The translations under genes were made by a program, and so were the position numbers. The notes below the pieces were generated by a model that saw nothing but the letters and a program-made list of their open reading frames with translations, was not told the DNA's origin and ran no database searches. A stretch of DNA of 64,000 bases, from the IMG/VR virus record IMGVR_UViG_3300032007_001569, one strand, 5' to 3'. The DNA is from a virus. Lineage: Duplodnaviria > Heunggongvirae > Uroviricota > Caudoviricetes. Numbering within the stretch: position 1 is the first letter of the stretch; each line of letters begins with the position of its first letter. Shown here piece by piece: positions 9,344 to 19,949 of this stretch.

Positions 9344-9702
9344 TAGTTTTCACCGCCATCCTTTGCTTCTCTGTGTTTCTCATCATCGACAAGGGCGTTC
9401 CACAGATTGTCAATCGTTGCCATCGGAATATCTGTGCCGTCTGGCATTGTAACCATACCGGGCTTCCATTTTCTGCCGCAGTCAAGCTCAAATAGATAGT
9501 AGCCGATGTTGTCATGCTGATCGTGTGTTGCGTCCTGCAGAAGCTCAATGACATCCTCAACAAGCGTCGGGAACATCAGTTCACATTCAAAGCGCGTGCC
9601 GTATGTCCCGCGCGTTATATCGTCAAACTTACTCTGCATGTCCAACAGCTTTACGATATGCTCAATGTGAACCTTGAACTTATCCTTCTCAATCGTAATC
9701 AA
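9343..9702 (-). CDS. hypothetical protein
   Basis: 119-aa ORF, translationally coupled to thyX. Confidence 0.3.
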   Translation of the reverse strand: MITIEKDKFKVHIEHIVKLLDMQSKFDDITRGTYGTRFECELMFPTLVEDVIELLQDATHDQHDNIGYYLFELDCGRKWKPGMVTMPDGTDIPMATIDNLWNALVDDEKHREAKDGGEN

Positions 9703-9715
9703 TCCGTCACCCTCT

Positions 9716-12700
9716 TTACAAGTTGTCGATTAGTTTGTACTTCGTAAGCCAACGCTCATATTCGCCCGGAATATCCTCGAACTGGCCGTCCTCTGTACGC
9801 CGTTTCTTTGGCTTTGGCACTTCGCCCATGACGCGGATTATGTCGCCCTTTGAAAACTTTTCCTTGCTAAAAACTTTCTTTTCAACTTTCCGCTCCAGGA
9901 TTGTGCCGTTTTTCAGGGAATACAGTTTGGCGCGCGGGGAGAATTTGGTATTCAGATCGAGTACAAAAGCCATTCCCTTGTACTCATCCCCCACCACATC
10001 AATGTAGCCGAGGCAATCAAATTGCGCTTTTGTTCGCTCTTTCAGCGTCCGTTTGGGCGGGTTTAGCCGCCTTGCAGCGTCAACCATGAACCGCCTCATG
10101 TCAATTCCGGTCAACATCTTCTCAGTTTCCTTCTGCGTGTATGGCAAAATGAGTTCCAGCGGAACGCCCATTTCTTCAAGTTTATCTTTTCGGATTTGCT
10201 TTCGGCCATCAAGCATCTGGAGCATATCAAAGCATGACATTAGATAGTTCGCGTCTCCAAACTCAGAAAAGAAATCCAGATTGATGAGGATTTGAATTTG
10301 CCGCGCATCGGCTGATGTGCAATCCACAATGTCATAGAGGACTTCCATGAAGCTGGAATACTGATTGCCGCGAAGCGCATACAATTCATCGGCGACGCGG
10401 GCGTTCATATACTTGATTGAAGAGATCCCTTTGTAAATCACGCCCTGGTCTTTGTCGAAATTGTATTGAGCCGTCGAATGCCGGAAACGAATGGGTAGAA
10501 TTTTGATTCCCTGCCGTTTAGCGTAGTCGATAATTGCGAGGCTCTTTTCTTCTTTGCCCTCAAAGATGTTCAGTGCGGTTGTGATAAATTCAAGCGGGTA
10601 GTGATAGCGCAGGTAGCCGCAGATGTAGCCGATCCACGAGTACGGGTCTGCGTGATTTTTGGAGAACAAATAGTCGCTGGCATCCTGAATGACCTGCAAG
10701 AAGTTGACAATAATCTTCTCCGCATCCTCTCGCTCAACACCGTATTCATCCTTCATCGTCTGCATGAAACCTTTGATGTAATGCCCTGTCTTTTCATTGA
10801 GCACGCCGCCATCCTTGATGATGGGAATATCCGTTTCCGTGCCGGTCTTTTTGCTGAAATGTCTGCGTACAATATCCGCCTCGCCCATCGTAAATCCACA
10901 GAATTTATGAAGGAACTCAATAATCTGTTCTTGGTACACGAGGTAGCCAAGTGTTGGCGCGAGGAATTGATTCAGCGCGTCGTTGCCATTGTCGCGGTAG
11001 ATGCCGCGAGACAGTAGGTCACGATACGATTCACCGGCTGGCCGGATTGCGCCATTACCAATCGAGAGCAAATCCATATAGGAGAAATCAGGGTTCTTTT
11101 CCTTGATTTTTGCGATTGTCTGATCGCTGAAAAGTTGCCGCAGGTAAGCCGTGGCCGACGCGGACTCCCACTGAAAAATCATCGTTGTGTCGTCCTTGAT
11201 GCTGTTCCAAACGTCCATATCGTCTGGCGGTGTATTGTCTGGCGTCAGGAATTGGATTCCCGCCGCATCACACGTCTTATAGATCAGACCGATGTTGTCA
11301 AGCCCTAGAATGTCCAGCTTGACGAAATTCAGTGAATCTATCTCCTTCATGTTGAGAAGCGACACCGGATATTGGTCTGTTGATGTGGTGAATGTCCCGA
11401 ACCATTCATCGACAGGGAACGGCGACACAACACAGCCCGCAGGGTGATTGCCGACAGAGACGACGCAGCCATTCACCAAATCGACATATTCAAAAATCTC
11501 AGGATATTTTTCACGCGCAGATTGTTCATCCGCTTCCGCCATGTCGTTCAGCTTATTGGAGAAATCAAGGTAATTATACGGAACATCCTTGTGGATGCTG
11601 TGCCTTTTGTATTCCTTCTCCAGCTCTGGCGGTAGCTCCTTATCGTCCTCGTTTGCGGATTGCCTCTGCTTTACCCACTGATCTATTTTCTCTTTTGTGT
11701 CGGTTGGCAGGTTGTCCAAGTTGTCATTGCGCATACCACGGCATACATCATTGACCGCACCTTTCAGGGCGATGGTGTTAAATGTGACAATATCGCAGCA
11801 GTAAAGCCCGCGTTTTGTGTAAAGGTAATTCTTGACGATTTCGCGGTCTTCCGAAAGCCAGTCTGTATCCACGTCGGCAAGGCTTACTCGCTCACGATTC
11901 ATAAAGCGTTCAAAATTCAGATCGTATTTTACGCTGTCAACCTCTGTAATTCCTAGCAGATAAGCAATGACGCTCCCGCTGACCGACCCACGACTATATC
12001 CAAACCGCACATTCCTTCGCCGCATTTCGGACTTATAGTCCTCTTCCAACAGCATGAAGTCGATGGCCTTGTTGTACTTATATGTTTCAAACTCTTCATG
12101 GATTCTATCGACGTATTCCTGATAGTTTGGATAATTCATGATTCCGCGCCGCACAACACCCTCGTTGATCTTCTGCTTGAAGACCTCTTCCGAATTGCCG
12201 TACAGCTTCGGATATTTCGCGCTGTAATCCAGCACGAACGGCTCAACCATATCGGCCAGGCGGTTTGTGTTTTCAATGGCTTCCAGCACAACATCCATCG
12301 GCAGGGAGCCTTGCTTCTCATACGCGGCCACAAGCTCGTTATAGCTCTTAAACGTCAAATCCCATTCGTCCTCATTGGCGAAGTGAACACCTTTGGCCTT
12401 TTGCAGAATCGCGCGGCCTCTCATATGCGTTTCGTTCAGCGCGTGAGTATCGGTTCCGGCAATTAGCGGCGCACCGATTTCCTGACTGACCGCGTAGAGC
12501 ATTTTGTTGTACTCTATCTGGTCTGCGCAATTATGATGCTGGATTTCTAGGAAGCACCGATGGGCGTTTTTGCGCAGGAAATTTAGCATCCGCTCTTTGC
12601 AAGCCGAAGTGCCATTATGGAGTACGCCGCCCAAACAAGCTGTCGTGACAATGATGTTATCACTCGTCGCAAACAGTTCGTCAAACGTCATGCGCGGCGC

Positions 12701-13054
12701 GTAGTAGAAATGGCCGTCGTCCCGATTGAAAGATTTTGACACCAATTTGTTCAGCTCGTGGAACCCATCATAGTTTCTGGCAATGAGAACGCAGTGGTAA
12801 TTATCCCTGATCTTCTCCCCCGTCGTCTCTGTAAGATAGACCTCGATGGCGTGCAGATATTTCATTCCGGCTTTTTCGATGGCTTCCTTTTTGTGTAGCC
12901 ATTCAAAGAGAGACCCGTGTTCAGATAGCCCCAGCGCGGCCATACCAAGTGCTTTTGCCCTGTTGACATACTCGCGGAAATTCGTAATACTGTCGATATT
13001 GGTTACGCCATTGCTTAACATGCTGTGAAGATGATAGACGGTGTAATTACCCAA
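9716..13054 (-). CDS. dnaE: DNA polymerase III alpha subunit (DnaE-type replicative polymerase with PHP domain)
   Basis: 1112 aa. The N-terminal PHP motif is YTVYHLHSMLSNG, followed by the pol beta-like palm and fingers regions. Confidence 0.85.
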   Translation of the reverse strand: MGNYTVYHLHSMLSNGVTNIDSITNFREYVNRAKALGMAALGLSEHGSLFEWLHKKEAIEKAGMKYLHAIEVYLTETTGEKIRDNYHCVLIARNYDGFHELNKLVSKSFNRDDGHFYYAPRMTFDELFATSDNIIVTTACLGGVLHNGTSACKERMLNFLRKNAHRCFLEIQHHNCADQIEYNKMLYAVSQEIGAPLIAGTDTHALNETHMRGRAILQKAKGVHFANEDEWDLTFKSYNELVAAYEKQGSLPMDVVLEAIENTNRLADMVEPFVLDYSAKYPKLYGNSEEVFKQKINEGVVRRGIMNYPNYQEYVDRIHEEFETYKYNKAIDFMLLEEDYKSEMRRRNVRFGYSRGSVSGSVIAYLLGITEVDSVKYDLNFERFMNRERVSLADVDTDWLSEDREIVKNYLYTKRGLYCCDIVTFNTIALKGAVNDVCRGMRNDNLDNLPTDTKEKIDQWVKQRQSANEDDKELPPELEKEYKRHSIHKDVPYNYLDFSNKLNDMAEADEQSAREKYPEIFEYVDLVNGCVVSVGNHPAGCVVSPFPVDEWFGTFTTSTDQYPVSLLNMKEIDSLNFVKLDILGLDNIGLIYKTCDAAGIQFLTPDNTPPDDMDVWNSIKDDTTMIFQWESASATAYLRQLFSDQTIAKIKEKNPDFSYMDLLSIGNGAIRPAGESYRDLLSRGIYRDNGNDALNQFLAPTLGYLVYQEQIIEFLHKFCGFTMGEADIVRRHFSKKTGTETDIPIIKDGGVLNEKTGHYIKGFMQTMKDEYGVEREDAEKIIVNFLQVIQDASDYLFSKNHADPYSWIGYICGYLRYHYPLEFITTALNIFEGKEEKSLAIIDYAKRQGIKILPIRFRHSTAQYNFDKDQGVIYKGISSIKYMNARVADELYALRGNQYSSFMEVLYDIVDCTSADARQIQILINLDFFSEFGDANYLMSCFDMLQMLDGRKQIRKDKLEEMGVPLELILPYTQKETEKMLTGIDMRRFMVDAARRLNPPKRTLKERTKAQFDCLGYIDVVGDEYKGMAFVLDLNTKFSPRAKLYSLKNGTILERKVEKKVFSKEKFSKGDIIRVMGEVPKPKKRRTEDGQFEDIPGEYERWLTKYKLIDNL

Positions 13055-13834
13055 CTACTCACCCTCTTCCCCATATTGCACGTATTCGCACGACGACCTG
13101 AAATCACATAGATTGTGGCAATAGAAATAGTCGTAGGTTTCAGGGAAGTCGTCTTCGTGCGCAATATTTCCGATGGTCTCGACGAACCAGTGAATTGTTG
13201 AAAGATACTCTTCCATGTTGAATGGGATGTCAACAATATCCTGTCCCTTGAAATGATTCCATACAATGTGCTTCGGAAACTCGCCGTATTCCTGTTTGAT
13301 CGCGTGACAGTAAAGATACATCTGCTTTTTGTATGACTCAAAGCTGGCTTCATGCGACTTCAACACTTTGCCGGTCTTCTTTGATAATGGGTATTTTGCC
13401 GACTTGTGGTCAATGAGGATTATATCGCCCGTCTCTTTATTGCGAACAAGCAGGTCAATGAACCCCGTGAATTTGTAGCCGCCGATCTCATCCTTGACTT
13501 CCTTCTCGACGCCCAGCACATCAAAGTGATTCAGCCAGTCAAAGCCGACATCGCAGAAGTAGTTCGCGCACGCTTCAAATGTGTTTTCCTCAATGACTGG
13601 CTTTGTGTGATAGAACACATTGTCATCAAAGTGGTCAACAAAATATCGCGCTGCATCTTCAACGGCCAGCTCTTTGCGGAAGATCATCGCCAGAATCTCA
13701 TGCACATATGAGCCAACTTCCGCGTAATAATTGCCCTCTGGATAATACATATCATTATCCTGAACAATGTACTTCAAATAGAACTGGTATTTACACTGGG
13801 CGAATGTTGTAATTCTGGAATACGACCATACCAT
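13055..13834 (-). CDS. PD-(D/E)XK nuclease, Cas4/RecB-like exonuclease with a C-terminal Cys cluster
   Basis: A DHK motif region plus a C-terminal cluster YFYCHNLCDFRSSCEY (4 Cys), typical of the Cas4-like nucleases of phage recombination modules. Confidence 0.55.
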   Translation of the reverse strand: MVWSYSRITTFAQCKYQFYLKYIVQDNDMYYPEGNYYAEVGSYVHEILAMIFRKELAVEDAARYFVDHFDDNVFYHTKPVIEENTFEACANYFCDVGFDWLNHFDVLGVEKEVKDEIGGYKFTGFIDLLVRNKETGDIILIDHKSAKYPLSKKTGKVLKSHEASFESYKKQMYLYCHAIKQEYGEFPKHIVWNHFKGQDIVDIPFNMEEYLSTIHWFVETIGNIAHEDDFPETYDYFYCHNLCDFRSSCEYVQYGEEGE

Positions 13835-13867
13835 ATCTTCTATTTTTTCTGAATACTCACTCAGCTC

Positions 13868-14881
13868 TCACACCACCTTTCGTTTCCTGGCATAAAGCTC
13901 TTCCCATACCTCCTGCCCGCAATCAGCCGGGGAATTTTTAGCAATTTCGCCGCCTAATAGTTTATACGGATCATTGATGACATAGACATTGGTTATAAAC
14001 TTCAATTTGTCAATATCTTTTTTGACATCTGGCTGATTATAATTTATGTCAGAGTCATAGGCAAACACGATGTTCGCATGAAGTCTGGCAAGCAAAGTTA
14101 CCTGTTCTGGCGTCAGTGTGTGTTTTTCGGCTGAGACACAATTCCTGTAACCCCAGCCGTAAGCCTTCATCACACTTTTAACGGATTCAAAGATAATGAC
14201 CTCGTTCTTCTCTTTTACTGCTGGCAGCGCCATATCAAGGCTTTGAAAGTAATCCATCACACCAACCTCGTGATAATTGATATACTTTGGAATGCGTAAA
14301 TCCTTGAAGTTCTTGTATCGCGTCCGCGCCTTGATGTTGATAAGCCGTCCTTTAATATCCCTGACCGGATAAACAATTCTGTTCGATGATTCATCGACCC
14401 GTATATCAAACACATCCAGCGCCTTTTGCTGAATCCCTTCATCAAGCCATTCAGGAATCTCTTCCTTTATATATTGCGCGTATTCTGCCTCTGGAAGGAT
14501 GGGATGCTCAAACGGCTCATGCTTGTCCTGTGACCATCTTTTCAGCCTTTTCAAAAACATGACCGTTTCGGATTGGCACATGGTTGAAAGATCAACATTC
14601 GCCAACTTCGCGGCCTGTTCTATTGCCTCGTCGAATCGTCTGCCCTCATACTCTTTGAGGTAATTGATAATCCCGCCGCCGCGTCCGCAGCCAAAGCAGA
14701 AGAACTTGTTTTTATCGGGCGTCACACTGAAGGATGGTGTCTTGTCTGTGTGGAGCGGGCAATGTCCGAAGAAGTCATTGCCCTGTCGTTTCAGAGGGAT
14801 TTCACGCTCAATATAGGATAACAGGTCAACGTTTTCTTCAATCTGCTGGAGCATATCATCATCGTATTTTTGATAGCCCAT
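13868..14881 (-). CDS. DNA primase (CHC2 zinc finger + toprim)
   Basis: The CHC2 finger is FGHCPLHTDKTPSF...FFCFGCGRGGG. Confidence 0.75.
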   Translation of the reverse strand: MGYQKYDDDMLQQIEENVDLLSYIEREIPLKRQGNDFFGHCPLHTDKTPSFSVTPDKNKFFCFGCGRGGGIINYLKEYEGRRFDEAIEQAAKLANVDLSTMCQSETVMFLKRLKRWSQDKHEPFEHPILPEAEYAQYIKEEIPEWLDEGIQQKALDVFDIRVDESSNRIVYPVRDIKGRLINIKARTRYKNFKDLRIPKYINYHEVGVMDYFQSLDMALPAVKEKNEVIIFESVKSVMKAYGWGYRNCVSAEKHTLTPEQVTLLARLHANIVFAYDSDINYNQPDVKKDIDKLKFITNVYVINDPYKLLGGEIAKNSPADCGQEVWEELYARKRKVV

Positions 14882-14902
14882 AATAATATGCCCTCCACTT
14901 CG

Positions 14903-16252
14903 TTAATTGAATCCGCCCTGCCGCTCATGTTGAACCGCTTCTACGATTGTCATGTTATCTCCCGAGAAGGTAAAGTCGATGTACTCGTCTTCGTCATCCT
15001 CCTGCATCTGCGGCCCCAGGCGGTTGACGTAGATTTTCGCAAAGGCGTTTCCGCATTGCATTCCGTCTTTAGCAATCTGCTCCTGTGATTTATAACCCCA
15101 TTTGATGCCCACCGACAAATAGCGGTTGATCTTGTCGCTGTCCGCCACTTCGTGTTGACGATTGAGCTGACAAGCCGCGAGAACCGGCAAATCCAATTCC
15201 CCAGCGATTTTATTTTTTAGGAAGTCGCACATTTGACCGAGTATGTTATAGTTCATGCCCGTGTCCTTCTCGTTGCTTTTCAGGTAGTCGTAAACCACAA
15301 AACCAAGATTCATTTTGCGCTTCAGGATTTTGCAGATTGAGTACAGCTTTGAGAGCGTCATGTTGGGATCGTATTTATGGATGAGCGGCTGTGCCTTCAA
15401 CCACTTTCGCCACTTGGCAACCTCAGCCTCTTCCTCCTGGCTCATCATACCGCCCTTGATGCGCTTCATCTCTATGCCAGACAGGTGAGATAAAAGGCGC
15501 TCCACGTACAACCTGTCGGGCATCTCACTGTCAATCACAAGCACGGATTCACCGCACTTTAGTTTGTGAACCGCCTCGTTCATGAGCAGGACAGACTTAC
15601 CTTCCTTATATCTGGCTTGGACTATGACAAGTTCGCCAGGCTCATAGGTGAAATATTCTGAAAATGCTTCGTATTTTGATGGGAGACCGAACAGACCATT
15701 ACTCGTTCGGCGGCTGACGATTTCGTCCCATATCCCATCAATCTGGTCGCCAAGTGTTTGTAGCTCATCCTGAACAACATATTGCTGAGTCAGATTGTCA
15801 AGCGTGCCGTATACCTCATTACTCAGGGCTTCGAGGTCGGTCTTATTCGCAAGGCAATCTTTCTGCATTAAATCGAGCTTCTTAGCCAGATCGCGCTTGA
15901 ATGCCAGTGTAATCACGTTGTTCATGAAGAACTTATATTCTTCTACTGTATTGCGCGCGGCCTCAGAATACAAGTCGATCATGTCTTTGACATTGGGAAG
16001 ATTGTACTTATCAAGCTCATGCTGAACGCCATCGTGCCCCTGCAGGACTTTTGACAGGTTGAAAGCGTCTATGTTGTTTACGCCGCTCTCAATGAGCTGA
16101 CGAATGCCCCAATAGTAGCAAGCGTTCTCCTTGCTTGAAAAATAGCCCGGCAGGAGGTTGTCTGATATGGCCGCGAAATCCGGGTGTAGGATCAGCGATC
16201 CAATAACTCCACTCTCAGACTGTACATCTGATAGCTCTGATGTATCGACCAA
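14903..16252 (-). CDS. dnaB: Replicative DNA helicase (DnaB family)
   Basis: 449 aa with the DnaB N-terminal domain and a RecA-like ATPase core (GELVIVQARYKEGKS). Confidence 0.85.
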   Translation of the reverse strand: MVDTSELSDVQSESGVIGSLILHPDFAAISDNLLPGYFSSKENACYYWGIRQLIESGVNNIDAFNLSKVLQGHDGVQHELDKYNLPNVKDMIDLYSEAARNTVEEYKFFMNNVITLAFKRDLAKKLDLMQKDCLANKTDLEALSNEVYGTLDNLTQQYVVQDELQTLGDQIDGIWDEIVSRRTSNGLFGLPSKYEAFSEYFTYEPGELVIVQARYKEGKSVLLMNEAVHKLKCGESVLVIDSEMPDRLYVERLLSHLSGIEMKRIKGGMMSQEEEAEVAKWRKWLKAQPLIHKYDPNMTLSKLYSICKILKRKMNLGFVVYDYLKSNEKDTGMNYNILGQMCDFLKNKIAGELDLPVLAACQLNRQHEVADSDKINRYLSVGIKWGYKSQEQIAKDGMQCGNAFAKIYVNRLGPQMQEDDEDEYIDFTFSGDNMTIVEAVQHERQGGFN

Positions 16253-16256
16253 ACAA

Positions 16257-16775
16257 TCAACCTCCCGTCAATATTCTTTCAAATCCTCCGGTTTTTCGCG
16301 GCGCTGGAGGTTTAATTTCAGCTTCCGCTGTGTCATGATGCTCCTGCGCCTTGAACTCGTTCATCGATACGAACTTGCGATTCTTCTTTTCGTACTCTGC
16401 TTTTATATCCTTATCATTCACGTAATAGCGAAAGCCGCCCGGATAATTCAGCTTGCAATGGTTTTTCACAACGTACTGCATGACAAAAACGAGGTAGTCA
16501 GAAGCTATACCGCGATTTAGTAAATCATACAACACTTTGTTCAGCTCTGCAAAAATGACCGTCTGGCTGATATTTTTCACCCACATACTGCGGATGAGCG
16601 CCATGTCAGCGGTTTGTTGCTTCTTTTTCTCATCCTCAGCCACTTTGAGCTTATAGCAATCCGCGTGAAAGTAAGACCTGCCCTCACTGACATACTCGTC
16701 TTTGCCAATCAGAATTATCTTTCCGTCATGGGCGCAATTTGGATAGCGGCAGGATTTGACCTCAACCTTCGGCAT
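16257..16775 (-). CDS. hypothetical protein (N-terminal Cys/His cluster)
   Basis: 172 aa beginning CRYPNCAHDGK...HADCYK. Confidence 0.3.
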   Translation of the reverse strand: MPKVEVKSCRYPNCAHDGKIILIGKDEYVSEGRSYFHADCYKLKVAEDEKKKQQTADMALIRSMWVKNISQTVIFAELNKVLYDLLNRGIASDYLVFVMQYVVKNHCKLNYPGGFRYYVNDKDIKAEYEKKNRKFVSMNEFKAQEHHDTAEAEIKPPAPRKTGGFERILTGG

Positions 16776-17392
16776 TACTCTTCATCCTCCAGGAGATATG
16801 TAGCCTCCAAGTCGGCCTCGTTAATGGCAATGATCGCGGGATACTTCCTGATCGCATCGCCGATGGTTGAGTATGATTCCTTCGGTTCCGTGAAAAGCAT
16901 ATGCCAGCGAATCATCATCCGCTCGACAGGCTTTAGTCTTACAAACTCTTCGATCATCATGACGGATTTCTCGCCATGCCCGTATGGGATTTTGTCTTCA
17001 ACCTTCCAGCCTGGGACAGAGACCCAATCAAACCGCCCGTTGCCATCGCTCTTTGTACCTGTTTCGCTGTACACCTTTCGATTGCGGTACTCGGGCACGT
17101 ACAGATAGGTCTTACAAATGTCATGGAGCAGGGCGGTGATGATTATTGATTCATCATCCACCCCTTCCAGAACAGCGTTCCACGGCCAAGTGCGCTTCTT
17201 CTCCTTTAGACACAAATAAACATTGTAGCTGTGCAGGAGAAGCCCGCCCTCATTGTGGGAATGAAACCTTGTGCTGGCGGGAGCCGTGTAGAAATCGGAC
17301 TTGCGGATAAACTCAAGTAGCTTGTCAATGCCTTCGCGCTTTACGGACAGAAGCAATTCCTCAAACTTTTCTCGCAGTTCGTTATTCTCCAT
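16775..17392 (-). CDS. HD-domain phosphohydrolase
   Basis: HSHNEGGLLLHS ... LLHDICK is an HD motif pair. Confidence 0.5.
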   Translation of the reverse strand: MENNELREKFEELLLSVKREGIDKLLEFIRKSDFYTAPASTRFHSHNEGGLLLHSYNVYLCLKEKKRTWPWNAVLEGVDDESIIITALLHDICKTYLYVPEYRNRKVYSETGTKSDGNGRFDWVSVPGWKVEDKIPYGHGEKSVMMIEEFVRLKPVERMMIRWHMLFTEPKESYSTIGDAIRKYPAIIAINEADLEATYLLEDEE

Positions 17393-17403
17393 GTTTCTAC
17401 CTC

Positions 17404-17877
17404 TTAAAATGGCAATTTGTTATCGTCGTCTTCTTCCGCCTGTTTCGGGGCTGACTTCGGCTTACTGGCTGTCTCGCCCGATGCTCCGCCACTGTTGTAG
17501 GTATCGAAGTCAAAAATGGTATAGTTTGTGAACATTTTGTCGTTGTTGCCCTTCCTGACGCGAACTTCGCAATTCAAAATAATGATGGGAACGCCGCTCT
17601 TCGGAATATCCATCCTCTTTGCCTTGACATATGCGTCGCCAACGAATGACACGAAGCCATCCTGAAAATCCGTCTCCCACGGGCTTTCGCGGTCTTTGCG
17701 TGTTGAAGTCGCAATCTGACCGGAACCAAACTTGCCCTTATCCTCAAACTTAAACAGCCTTGCAAAACCGCCCTGCCGCGCATCCTTCATGGCCTTTACG
17801 ACGGCCTCTTTGTTCGTGCCGAGCGATTCGGCCATCTTCTCGATATTGTAACTTGCACTTCTAAATCCCATTGTCAA
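17404..17877 (-). CDS. ssb: Single-stranded DNA-binding protein
   Basis: OB-fold-sized protein with an acidic C-terminal tail ending EEDDDNKLPF. Confidence 0.7.
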   Translation of the reverse strand: MTMGFRSASYNIEKMAESLGTNKEAVVKAMKDARQGGFARLFKFEDKGKFGSGQIATSTRKDRESPWETDFQDGFVSFVGDAYVKAKRMDIPKSGVPIIILNCEVRVRKGNNDKMFTNYTIFDFDTYNSGGASGETASKPKSAPKQAEEDDDNKLPF

Positions 17878-17882
17878 TCTCC

Positions 17883-18602
17883 TTACTTTCTCACACCGAG
17901 TAGGCGCTTCTTCAACTTTTCGAGGATGTCGGCATCATCAATATTTTTCGGATCGCCGCGCACCATGTCTTCTTCCAGATCGGGGTTGGCTTCCTTCTCC
18001 GCAGTCTTGCACAGCTTACCGACCTCAGATTTTGCCTTGTCCGACAGGGCGCATTTCTTTGTGATGAGCTCCATGACTTCATCCTGCAATTCAAGGGTTT
18101 TGCTGATTTCCTCCGGCAATTCCTCGCCCATGAAAATGTGAATTGCCAAACCCTGTTCGGCCAGCGCCTTGACCAGGCAGCGCTTCAGGCTTTTGTTTGC
18201 GTCTACGCTGGTAATCTGGTCTGCCGGAATGCTCTTATTCTTGAAATCCATGATTGCCAGGGTTTCAACAACCTCTTCTCCAAGAATAGTTACGCCGACC
18301 TCAACCCAGCCGGTATGCCCATCGTCGTGCCAGAAGCGCGTGTTGCCGTAGCCATCAAGAATTTGCTCATAAATCTTGAATGTCGCGTCCGGGTAAATCT
18401 TTTTTACTTCAGACCAAGCCGCCGCCCAAGGCAGGTAGCTCAGTCCGTTCTTTTCCTTGATCTTATCTGTTACATTCAGCGCGCTCAAAACGCTGAATAC
18501 GCTCTTTCCCTGATTCGTTTCTGTCATGCGTTGCCCTCCGATTAAACTTTCCTCGCTGGTACTCTTTGACTTCGTTATGGTCTGATTCCCTCGCCCATTC
18601 AA
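17883..18602 (-). CDS. Single-strand annealing protein (Rad52/Sak-like)
   Basis: The GLSYLPWAAAW motif is typical of Rad52-like phage annealing proteins. It is adjacent to ssb. Confidence 0.55.
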   Translation of the reverse strand: MNGRGNQTITKSKSTSEESLIGGQRMTETNQGKSVFSVLSALNVTDKIKEKNGLSYLPWAAAWSEVKKIYPDATFKIYEQILDGYGNTRFWHDDGHTGWVEVGVTILGEEVVETLAIMDFKNKSIPADQITSVDANKSLKRCLVKALAEQGLAIHIFMGEELPEEISKTLELQDEVMELITKKCALSDKAKSEVGKLCKTAEKEANPDLEEDMVRGDPKNIDDADILEKLKKRLLGVRK

Positions 18603-18741
18603 TCACGTTTTGGTTGATGTATTTCTTGCCGTCCGGCTTAACCCTTTCAACGGTGCTTGGCATAAAAAACTCAATATCGCTTGAACGATAAACAACTTGC
18701 GTCCCATCGTGATACTTAATCGTCAAATACTGGTCGTCCAT
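18463..18741 (-). CDS. hypothetical protein
   Basis: 92-aa ORF. It overlaps the annotated start of the annealing protein, which probably starts at a later Met. Confidence 0.3.
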   Translation of the reverse strand: MDDQYLTIKYHDGTQVVYRSSDIEFFMPSTVERVKPDGKKYINQNVIEWARESDHNEVKEYQRGKFNRRATHDRNESGKERIQRFERAECNR

Positions 18742-18756
18742 CTTGCCTCTCCCCTA

Positions 18757-19737
18757 TCAGTGCGCAGCAACGTCCGCCTCGTGAAGAAGGATGATGTCGC
18801 GGTATAGTTCATCGCCAATCATGCGCCTATCTCGCTCCAAAGCCTTTTCTGACTGCTTCCATCCCATGAATGGGTGCATGTGGAAATAGATCATGTTGAT
18901 AATATCAACCTTTTCCTCGATGGAATAGTCAAGCGGTGCAAGATAGAACACGGCCATATACGCGCCTACGCATTGATGCTGGTAATAGTGGCAGTCGCCA
19001 TCCTCTTCGCCCTTCGCATTGACATAGCTCTTCGTTGCCAGCTTGCCGATGTCGTGCATAAACGCGGCGGCAAAAACCGTTTTGTGTGTCGGCGCTTTCT
19101 CCATGACATATTTCTGCGCAGCGAGACAATGTTGCCCAAGTGTCAGGCTGTGATGCCTGTTGCCTTGATTGAAATCCTTCATTTTCTCATACAATGACGA
19201 CAGCTCATATTCCGGCGCGCTGTAATAATCATAGCTGGAGAAATAAAAGTAAATCTGATTGAAGCCCTCATGGTAATGCGGCGGTTGCCAGTTCTTATAC
19301 ATCCGTTCAATCGCCCGTTCTGGAACCTTCCGTTCCCGTTCGCTGTTTCTGGTGAGGCAATCTTCAAAGGTTGTCATTACACAGATACAAACTTTCTCAC
19401 ATACGATACCGGCAATCTCATTGAGAAACGCCATGCGCTGTTTCTTGTTGATATTTGTCGCGTCGTAAATGACGTGCTTGCCATCCAACAGATCGCGCTT
19501 GATGCGCCGATGTAGCTCCGCGAAAAGCTGATTATTGTGGCGGTTGTCCTCTTCGCTTCCATATAGTTCAAGGCGCAGGGCATCGGATGAATGGATAACC
19601 GGGCGCGGATAAAACGCTTCGTCGGTTGCAATGATCTCGCCATCCTCAATGGCAAGCTGTTTCGCAAGGGATGTTTTGCCGCTGGCTGGCAAGCCTACGA
19701 GCATAATCAAAAAAGGCCAGTTCTTTTCCATATTCAA
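18757..19737 (-). CDS. P-loop kinase-HD phosphohydrolase fusion (polynucleotide kinase/phosphatase-like RNA end-healing enzyme)
   Basis: Walker A GLPASGKTS near the N-terminus and an HD motif FMHDIGK in the C-terminal half. Confidence 0.5.
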   Translation of the reverse strand: MNMEKNWPFLIMLVGLPASGKTSLAKQLAIEDGEIIATDEAFYPRPVIHSSDALRLELYGSEEDNRHNNQLFAELHRRIKRDLLDGKHVIYDATNINKKQRMAFLNEIAGIVCEKVCICVMTTFEDCLTRNSERERKVPERAIERMYKNWQPPHYHEGFNQIYFYFSSYDYYSAPEYELSSLYEKMKDFNQGNRHHSLTLGQHCLAAQKYVMEKAPTHKTVFAAAFMHDIGKLATKSYVNAKGEEDGDCHYYQHQCVGAYMAVFYLAPLDYSIEEKVDIINMIYFHMHPFMGWKQSEKALERDRRMIGDELYRDIILLHEADVAAH

Positions 19738-19745
19738 AAACCTCT

Positions 19746-19949
19746 TTAATCATAGCGAATGTAGACCGTTGGCGATGAACACTCGGTTGTTGTAAATGAT
19801 AAAAGCGCCACAACTTCTACGATATTTGAGCCACAACCTTCAATGCCATCTTCCTTATAGCAAACTTCTACATCTGCATCTTTGTTTAATTTACCTAAAA
19901 TATCAATCAGCTCGCTCACCTTCATCGGTTGCATCCTCACTTTCTTCAA
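19746..19949 (-). CDS. hypothetical small protein
   Basis: 67-aa ORF. Confidence 0.25.
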   Translation of the reverse strand: MKKVRMQPMKVSELIDILGKLNKDADVEVCYKEDGIEGCGSNIVEVVALLSFTTTECSSPTVYIRYD